NCBI RefSeq assembly: GCF_004010195.1
Contig: NC_057755.1
Location: 872,409 to 892,408 of the forward strand
Direction of reading: 5' to 3'
From: Chiloscyllium plagiosum
Lineage: Eukaryota
DNA: 20,000 nucleotides
Shown here: positions 12,101 through 20,000 of the stretch, piece after piece
Position numbering within the stretch: the first letter of the stretch is position 1
Layout of the letters: each line of letters starts with the position of its first letter
The notes under the pieces: model-generated
What the model saw: only the letters and a program-made list of their open reading frames with translations
Told to the model about the DNA's origin: nothing
Database searches by the model: none
Made by a program: the position numbers and the translations under genes

Positions 12101-14400
12101 CTGCCCCCACGTGGCAGGGTCGTATTACAGTGTGACACGTTGTACACACCTGGCAAGGTCTGATTCATTGTGAAAGTCTGGTTACAGCTGGCAGGGTCCT
12201 GATACACTGTGAACTCCTGTATATACCTGACACCGTCCTGAGACTCTTTGAATCCCTGTACAAGCCTGGCAGGGTCCTGGTATATTATGAAAATCCTGTA
12301 CCCGCCTGACAGAGTCATGTTACTGTGTGACACCTTGTGCACTCCTGGCTGTGTCCTGATACACTGTGAATACCTGTTTAGACCAGTCAGGATCCTGATT
12401 TATTGTAAAACTCTATACACAGCTGTCAGGGTCCTGACACACTATGAACCCCTGTATACACCTGGCCGAGTCCTTATACACTGTGAAAACCTGTGCATAC
12501 TTGGCGCCGTTCTGATATACTGTGAATCCCCGTACACAACTGGCAGGAACCTGATACATGTGCAAAACATTGTACAGACCTTGTAGTGCCTTGATTCTGA
12601 AATCCTTTACATACCTGGCAGGGTGCTGATTCACTGTGAAACTCTGTACCCACCTGGCAGGCTTCTGTTACATGTGAAAACCTGCACACATCTGGCAAGG
12701 TCGCGATACACCGTATCCTGACAGCATCCTGACACAATGTGAATCCCTGTACATACCTGGCAGTATCCCCATTCGCTGCGTATCATTGTTTACAGCTGGA
12801 AGGATTCTGATACACTGCGAAATCCTGTGCACTCCTGGCAGTATCCTGATAACTGCGAAATCCAGTACACCCCTGGCAGAATCCTGATACAGAGTGAAGC
12901 CCTGTACCCCACTGGCTGGATACTGATATGCTGTGAAACGCTCTACCCACCTGGCAAGTTCCTGATACAGTGTCAAAACTTGTAGACACCTGGCAGGGTT
13001 ATGGGGCACTGTCAAACCTTGCAGAAACCTGTCAGGATCCTGATGCACCGTAAAAATCTGTACACAACTAACAGATCCTTACGCTCTGTGAATCACTGAA
13101 TACACAGGGCAGGATCGTGTAAACTCCTTGCAGGATCCTGATTCGCCATGAAACCCTGTACACAGGTGGCACAGTCGTGTTACACTGGGAAACCCTATAT
13201 ACTCTGGCACGGTCCTGATACAATGTGAAACCATGTGCACGTCCAGTAAAAACCTTTTACCTTGTACAACGCTGTACACACCTGGCAGTTTCCTTATACA
13301 GTGTGAAACCGTGTACACACATTGCAGGAGCCTGATAACTGCAACCCTGATCACACCTGGCAGGTTCCTGATACATTTGAAACCCTGTGCAGTCCTGGCA
13401 GGATCTTGATCCGCTGTGAAACCCTGTATGCTCCCAGTACTATTCAGGTTCTTTGTGAAATCTTGTACACATCTTCCAGGTTCCTGATACACTGTGAATC
13501 CCTGTTCAGACCTGGCAGGATTCTGATACATTGTGAAACCCTCTAAACACCTGGCAGTATCATGCTACACTGTGAAAACCTGTACACACCTGGCAGGGTC
13601 GGTTATAGCGTGACACCTGTACTCACCTGGCAGGGTCCTGATGCTCTCGGAATCCCTGTACACTGCTGGCAGTATCCTGATACACTGTGAAACCCTGTTT
13701 ACATCTGCCAGGTTCCTGATACACTGTGATACACTCTACACTCCTTGCAGTAACTTGCTACGTTTTGCATCCCTGAACATACCTGGCAGGGTCATGAACA
13801 CTGGGAAATCCTGTACAAGACTGGCATGATCCTGATACACTGTGCAACCCAGTACACACTTGGCAGGATCCTGATACATTGTGAACCAAAGTACACTTGG
13901 CAGGATTATGATAAACTGAAACTCTGTACTCACCTGTCAGGAAAAGTATACATTGTGAAATCCTGTACACAGCTGTCAGAGTCCTAATACACTGCGAAAT
14001 ACTGTGCACACTTGGCAGTGTCCCAAAATACTGTGAAACCCTGTACACTCTGTCAGGTTTCTGTTACACAGTGAAAAATGGAATGCACCTGGAGGGGTCC
14101 TGTTATACTAGAAAACCCTATACACACCTGGGAGCGTCACAATACACAGCGAAACCCTGTGAACACCTGGCAGAATATTTTACATTGTGAAACCCTGTAC
14201 AACCTGACAGTACCCAGGTAAATTGTGAATCCCTATTCAGACCTGGCAGGATGCTGATGCACTATGAAATCCTCTAAATAGCTGACAGGTTCCTGATACA
14301 CTGTGAAAACCTGTACACACCTGGCAAGGTCCGGTTACAGTGTGAGCCCTGTACTCACCCTGGCAGGTTCCTGATACATTGGGAAACCCAGCAAACTCTT

Positions 14401-14721
14401 AGGGGCGGCACGGTGGCACAGTGGTTAGCACTGCTGCCTCACAGCGCCAGAGACCCGGGTTCAATTCCCGCCTCAGGCGACTGACTGTGTGGAGTTTGCA
14501 TGTTCTCCCCGTGTCTGCGTGGGTTTCCTCCGGGTGCTCCGGTTTCCTCCCACAGTCCAAAGATGTGCTGGTTAGGTGAATTGGCCATGCTAAATTGCCC
14601 ATAGTGTTAGGTAAGGGGTAAATGTAGGGGTATGGGTGGGTTGCGCTTCGGCGGGGCGGTGTGGACTTGTTGGGCCGAAGGGCCTGTTTCCACACTGTAA
14701 GTAATCTAATCTAATCTAATC
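14401..14721 (+). mobile_element. Full-length tRNA-derived V-SINE (elasmobranch HE1-like)
   Basis: Head GGGGCGGCACGGTGGCACAGTGGTTAGCACTGCTGCCTCACAGC with A and B boxes. V-domain-like core GTGGAGTTTGCATGTTCTCCCCGTGTCTGCGTGGGTTTCCTCCGGGTGCTCCGGTTTCCTCCCACA. LINE-derived 3' end TGGGCCGAAGGGCCTGTTTCC and a (TAATC)4 tail. Confidence 0.92.
14414..14468 (+). promoter_or_regulatory. Internal RNA polymerase III type-2 promoter of the SINE (A box 14414-14424, B box 14458-14468)
   Basis: TGGCACAGTGG fits the A-box consensus TRGCnnAGTGG, and GGTTCAATTCC fits the B-box consensus GGTTCRAnTCC. Confidence 0.85.
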
Positions 14722-15876
14722 TTTGCAGGAAGTTGATACACCATGAAACCCTGTAAACACCTAACAAGATCCCGACACTCTGTGAAACCATGCACCGATC
14801 TGACAGATTCCCGATAAGCTCTGAAACCCTGTATACACCTGGCAGGTTCCCGATACACTCTTAAAGCCTTTACATGTCAGGCAAGTTCCTGATAGACTGA
14901 AACCCTGTACATTTCCGGCAGGATCCTGTTATACTGTGAAACCATTTGCACACCTGGCAGGGTCCTGATATATTGTCAAAGCCAGTACCAACCTAGCAGG
15001 GTCATGTTACAATTTGTAACCCTGTACACACCTGGCAGAGTCCCGATACACTGTGAGACCCTGTACAGAGCTGGCAGGGTCCTGATACTCTGCGAAACAC
15101 GATACATAACTATTAGCGTCCCGGCGTAATGTTAAACTCTGTGCACTGTTTGGCGGTTCCTGATACACCGTGAAATACTCTAAACACGTAGCGGGATCCT
15201 GACACACTGTGAAGCCCTGTAAACTCTTCGCAGGGTCCTGATACACCGTGAAAGCCTGAACATATTTGGCAGGATCCTGATACATTTAAAAGATTAGTTC
15301 TTTGCATCGAGGACATGATTACAACTACATTTTGAGACTGACATATTTTCATGCTGCTCATTGACTGAGACTTTTGAAGAAGTTCATTGAAAAACATTGA
15401 GTCTATTCAACGGACACAACCCATTCACCTCAAATGTTCCCCGTGTACCTTCTCTCACCTGTATTACTGTATCCCTTCTGTGAGTTAAACCAATTTTCAT
15501 CCATGTGTTCATCTGGACCATTCCTTTGATAATGAGTCACATATTCTACACCTCTCTGGAGTGAAGATGTTTCACCTGAATGACCTTCAGGGTTTATTGC
15601 TGACCCTCTTCATTTCTAGATGGATACCTACACTCTTCATATACTTTGTAAACCATCAATGATATTAATAAAATAAAATACTTTTATGATGTGAACCTCA
15701 CCCTTAACACTTCTGCAGTGGGATGAAAGTCCTGGCCTATTCAGTGTCGCTTGCTGAACACAACATTCCACGTGTTTTAGAATGTGGTGGATTGTCTTTT
15801 CTACCCCTGTCATGCTTATTATATGGAAATGAGAACATTACTGTAAGGTTTGGCCTAATGACAGCGAATTAATCTG

Positions 15877-16150
15877 TGGTGGTCATCCCATTCATCTGCT
15901 GCCCTTGTCTGAACAAACTGAACGTACAGCCTAAAGAATCAGATGAATTGTGGCAGTGCTTCTTCGAGAAGGTGTACATAGCTGCCATTGTGTGCCCACG
16001 GTGGATGGATTGAATATTGAAGGTGATACAAGTGGTCCCAATACAACATTTGCTCTAATCCAAACAGAGAGAATTCCATTAACACACCTGGGCTTTCAGT
16101 TTGTAGGTAAACTTTGGGAGACATTAGGTGAGTTACCTGTGAGAATTTGT
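15877..16150 (-). mobile_element. Old, heavily decayed LINE (CR1/L2-group) ORF2 C-terminal relic
   Basis: The minus strand encodes ...VLMEFS... and ITFNIQSIHRGHTMAAMYTFSKKHCHNS. These resemble, from recall, a common shark LINE segment (SVMEYS...TLNIHSLHHRRTVAAVCTIYKMHCSNS). Internal deletions are present. Confidence 0.65.
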
Positions 16151-16440
16151 AAGATAATGTCTGTTATAAGACTCATTATAAACCTGGCAGGGAATGTATG
16201 ACCTTCATAGAAATCTCGATGACTAAAACTAAAGACCTTCAATTCTTTCTCGACCTTCCTTCACTTACAAAGTGAAGTTTTCATGCATGGACGTTTATCT
16301 TCTGCACAAATCTGCATTGTGTCTGTGCACTAAATGCAACGTTTTGCTGTCTTTTGTAAAAAGAGATTAATTTTTTTTTGTTTCCTTCAATGTTAATCAA
16401 ACTAACATGGAGAACTAATTTCTGTCTGTTCGAATTGAAG

Positions 16441-18155
16441 ATGTTCAACAGAAATACAAGGAGACACTCCGTGTCCAAACTGAAACATCGTGAGTGAATA
16501 CAATGCCAATATAGGAGCAGGTGAAGATTTTCCAGTTGGTTGGTAGACACACTGAGCTAACGGTTGTTTCCACTGTTCGAAGTAGTAAACCTATAGAACA
16601 TGAACTGCTAGCAAGAGGCCGAGAACATGAAAATTGGAGACAGAAACATCTCCGGAGAGTACTGGAAAAAAATCCGACCTGATCAGTTGTTCCTCAGCAG
16701 CTTTTCTCCCCAAAAATCTAAAACTGGAACTTTACCAGCACTGAGCAGAGTCTCCAGAATTGGAAAATCAACAATGGTATAAAAGATGGTTTATGACTGG
16801 GCCACAGAGTTCCTATTTGAATTCAGTTTTAAATTACAGGATTTGAAAATAATTAACTGTAGGATAAACCTGAGTAAGCTGATACTGAATCAGTCTCTTT
16901 ACTTTGGGAGTGTTCTAGGAGAGCTCTGGAAGAAGCCAGAGGGATTGCTGTTTATATTTGATGGTTTGGATGAATTCAAAGACAGTATTGATTTTTCTGA
17001 CAGTCGGAGAAATGCGGAACCTCAGTTTATGTGCACTGTTCCCGAAAGCTGTTGTGAAATGTCTGACATTGTGTATAGTTTAATCCAGCACAAGCTGCTA
17101 CCAGGATCTTCAGTGCTCGTGGCCACCGTATTGCATTTATTTGAATCGGCTGAGATCAGCATCTGGGCTGAAATCCTGGGATTTGTTGCTAATGAACGGA
17201 AGGTATACTTTACGAGGTTTTTTTTAAAGATCAGACGCTGGCAGCAGCTGTTCACAAATATGTAGAGGAGAACGAGATCCTGTACACCATGTGCTACAGC
17301 CCTTCGTGCTGCCGGATCCTCGGTTTGTCACTGGGCCCCTTCTTCACACAAAGAGAGAAAAAAAAGCAGCATGTACCCAAGACCATTACCTAATGTATTC
17401 CTACTATATTTACAACATTCTGAAAAACCATAGGTGTCAGATTGAACCCCCCCAACCCCACCCAAAGACGTGTTTCTCAAGCTTGGTGAGCTAGCATTCT
17501 CTGTCGACTCCGAGAAGAAGACTGTGTTTCGAAATGGAGGTTTCATTCTGTACAATCTGCAAACTTCCCAGTTCCTATCTGGATTTTGATGGAACTTTTG
17601 GAGAGACATCATTGTGCACAGATGGTGTGTTACATATTCCCACACTCCATCATCAAAGAATATGTAAAGGTTTTTGTACAATTCCTGACTCCTGACCCCG
17701 CGGGCATTCAGAAATTGCTCAGTAAGGCCCACAGTAAGGAAGATAGGCGATTTCAAATATTCAAACATTTAATTGTTGGTCTGTCCTCCCCACAATCAGC
17801 TCTGAAAGAGTTTCTGTGCCAATTTCGTCATCAGTCAGTGTGCCATGTCATTGATTATGTGAAGGATATTGTTAAAGAGAATATTGGAAATACTAAGACT
17901 GGTTAAAAAAACCCTCCTGAATACATTGCAATACCTGTTTCAGTCTCAGAATAAATGACTTGCATGGAACTCAGTGAAATGTGTGGAAACATTTTCATTA
18001 AGTGACTTGCAATTGACCACAACAGATTGTGTTGGCCTCTGTTTTGACATTGAATTCTGTGATTCAGTAAATTAACATGATCTTGAGAACTGCTACATTC
18101 AGTACGAAGGACTGCAGCGATTGGGAGCCGTCCTTCACAAATGCTAACTGCTGAG
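16441..18155 (+). pseudogene. NLR (NACHT/LRR, NLRP3-/NLRC3-like expanded elasmobranch family) large NACHT exon, pseudogenised
   Basis: Acceptor AG at 16439-16440 and donor GTAACT at 16441+1715=18156. Reads DVQQKYKETLRVQTETS*VNTMPI*EQVKIFQLV...EHELLARGREHENWRQKH. Degenerate Walker A RVSRIGKST (16747-16773) and Walker B LLFIFDGLDEF (16945-16977). Also SDIVYSLIQHKLLP, AEILGF, YSYYIYNILKNH, YIFPH (winged helix) and a first LRR-like DLENCYIQYEGLQRLGAVLHKC. Stops at 16491, 16512 and 16780, with several frameshifts. Confidence 0.92.
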
Positions 18156-18839
18156 GTAACTATCTGTCTCTAACCTTTGGCCAAATTGTTGACAAACCAT
18201 GGATTGTGCCTTTTTTCCCATAATGAAGGGAGGCTAATAATTCAGTTGGATCAGAGAGAATCATTTTCAACACAATTTACCAAGAATGAAGATTGTTGAC
18301 AGATTTCACTAAGACTGAAGAATCCTTAATGGATTATTGTCAATATGATGGGATTTTAATGATTTCTCCTGATCAACCAATGCAAGTCTTCAAAACTGGT
18401 GAAGTCAATAAGACTACACAGCAGAATGCAACACTACTCATGTCCCTCTGAATTGTATCTTCTACAATGTTAAGGCAAATTTTGTTATTATGTTTCCAAG
18501 AACGTATGCTTCATTGTGTCTTATTCTCATTACGGGCCAGCAACAAATGCTTATATAACTGAAACAAAAAGAGTCATGGCTATATTTCAGGAACTTAATC
18601 TATCATCCATTTACTTTTTCACCAGTTTGTCAGAAGACTCTTCCAGGAGTCTATGTGTACATTTCTCCATCCACCTTCCCTGCACCAAGAAGTGGTATAT
18701 AGATTATCTGCAGTAATGTGCGATCAATCATTTGCTAAACATTGTCTCCACTTTTATGATGCTATTTATGTCTGGATGATTTGTGCTGATATTATGTTTG
18801 ATTTAATATTTATAGCTTCTGCAAAAACACTACTTTGTT

Positions 18840-20000
18840 TAGAGTCATAGAGATGTACAGCATGGAAATGGAGCCTTCGGAACAACCCTTCCATACCAAC
18901 CAGATATCCCAAACCAATTAAGTTCCACCTGCCAGCACCCGGTCCATATCACTCCATACTCTTCTTATTCATATTCTAATCCAAATGCCTCTTTCATATT
19001 GAAATTGTAACAGCCTCCACCACTTCGTCTGGCAGCTGATTCCATACACGTACCGCAGTCTGTGTGAAAATGTTGCGTCTTAGGTCTCTTTTATATCTAC
19101 CTGCTCTCAGCCTAAACCTATGCCCTTTATTTCTGGATTCTCCGACCCCAGGGAAAAGACTTTGTCTATTTACCCAATCCATGGCCCTCATAATTTTGTA
19201 ATCGAAATCATTTATGTAAATGACAAAAAGTAGAGGAACCAGCGCCGATCCTTCTCCATACCACTGGTCACAGACCTCAAGTCTGAAAAACAACCCTCCA
19301 CCACCAACCTCTGTCTTCAACCTTTGATCCAATTCTGTATCCAAGTTGCTAGTTCTTCCTGTATTCTGTGAGATCTAACCTTGCTTATCAATCTCCCATG
19401 GGGAACCTTGTCGACCACCTTACTGAAGTCCATGTCGATCACATTTACCGCGTTGCCCTCATCAGTCCTCTTTGTTACTTCAAAAAAAAGCTCAATCAAG
19501 TTTATGAGACATGATTTCCCATTCCCATGTTTACTATCCCTAATCAGTCCTTGCCTTTCCAAATACATGGACATTCTGTCCCACAGGATTCCCTCCAACA
19601 ACTTGCTCAACATCGACGTCAGGCTCACTGATCTTTGGTTCCTTGGTTTGTCCTTATTACCCTACATAAACAGCAGCATAATGTTAGAAAACCTCCAGTC
19701 TTTCGGCATCCCAACTGTGACAATCGATGATATAAATATCACAGCAAGAGGCCCAGCAATCACCTCTCTAGCTTCCGACAGAGTTCTAGGGTACACCTGA
19801 TCAGGTCCTAGGGATTTATCCACCTTTATGCGTTCCAAGACATGCAGCACTTCCTCCTCTCTCATTTGGACATTTTGCAAGGTGCCTCCATCTATTTACT
19901 TACAATCTACATTTTCCATATCCTTTTCCCCAGTTAATACTGATGCAAAGTACTCGTTTATTATCTCCCCTATTTTCTGTGGCTCCACACAAAGGCCGCC
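18840..20000 (-). mobile_element. CR1-clade LINE fragment (ORF2 RT region to 3' tail), degenerate, extends beyond window
   Basis: Minus-strand peptides KVDKSLGPDQVYPRTLSEAREVIAGPLAVIF, SLTSMLSKLLEGIL, KSCLINLIE, DMDFSKVVDKVPHGRL, LFVIYIND and IFTQTAVRVWNQLPDEVVEA. The 3' tail reads CTCTATGACTCTA on the minus strand near 18840. Confidence 0.93.

Larger units (their letters stand above)
2924..15285. repeat. 39-bp tandem satellite array, about 300 diverged monomers
   Basis: Continuous 39-nt periodicity. The ORF track shows 13-aa repeats (LIHCETLYTPGRI on +; VYQDPARCVQGFT, VSQCIRILPGVYR and CTGFHSVSGSCQV on -). The array ends abruptly at GGATCCTGATACA ~15284. Confidence 0.97.

Noticed and set aside
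3410..14048. Many Cys/His-rich ORFs with 13-aa repeats (up to 259 aa), suggesting a repetitive metal-binding protein
   Set aside because: 39 is divisible by 3 and four of the six consensus frames are stop-free, so overlapping ORFs on both strands are expected. Stops, frame-breaking indels and SINE insertions are frequent, and no codon-position bias is evident.
14402..14475. tRNA gene
   Set aside because: This is the tRNA-derived head of a SINE. It continues into the V-domain and LINE-derived tail and has no convincing cloverleaf or acceptor stem.
14399..14695. 98-aa ORF MWKQALRPNKSTP..., with a similar ORF at 5947-6135
   Set aside because: Both are antisense translations of the same SINE family, not a gene pair.
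2924..15285. CRISPR array-like periodicity
   Set aside because: Monomers are contiguous with no unique spacers, variation is spread over all positions, there are no cas genes, and the context is vertebrate.
15290..15420. Possible remnant of an NLR N-terminal exon (GHDYNYILRLTYFH)
   Set aside because: The resemblance is too short and weak, with no clear splice sites or continuing frame.
18516..18850. Short ORFs downstream of the NACHT exon
   Set aside because: This is AT-rich, intron-like sequence with no LRR pattern or other recognisable motif.
19381..19800. 139-aa + strand ORF
   Set aside because: It is the antisense shadow of the LINE ORF2.

Overview
This is a eukaryotic window, almost certainly from a cartilaginous fish (shark), judging by the HE1-like SINEs, CR1-like LINEs and elasmobranch-type NLR. 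No intact protein-coding gene is present. About 13 kb is a diverged 39-bp tandem satellite (consensus CCTGATACACTGTGAAACCCTGTACACACCTGGCAGGAT; ~458-1356 and ~2924-15285), which produces most of the short ORFs in the track. Two V-SINE/HE1-like SINEs interrupt the array. CR1-type LINE fragments lie at 1-277, 1857-2744 and 18840-20000, and an older LINE relic lies at ~15877-16150. A disrupted NACHT-domain (NLR) exon with intact splice sites occupies 16441-18155. A 500-N scaffold gap (1357-1856) separates two ~97-98% identical copies of a LINE-tail/spacer/satellite block. The most notable observations are a perfect V(D)J RSS heptamer in the monomer consensus (whose length equals a 23-RSS), hidden higher-order structure in the array, and resolvable SINE insertion junctions. 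I see no convincing novel coding system.
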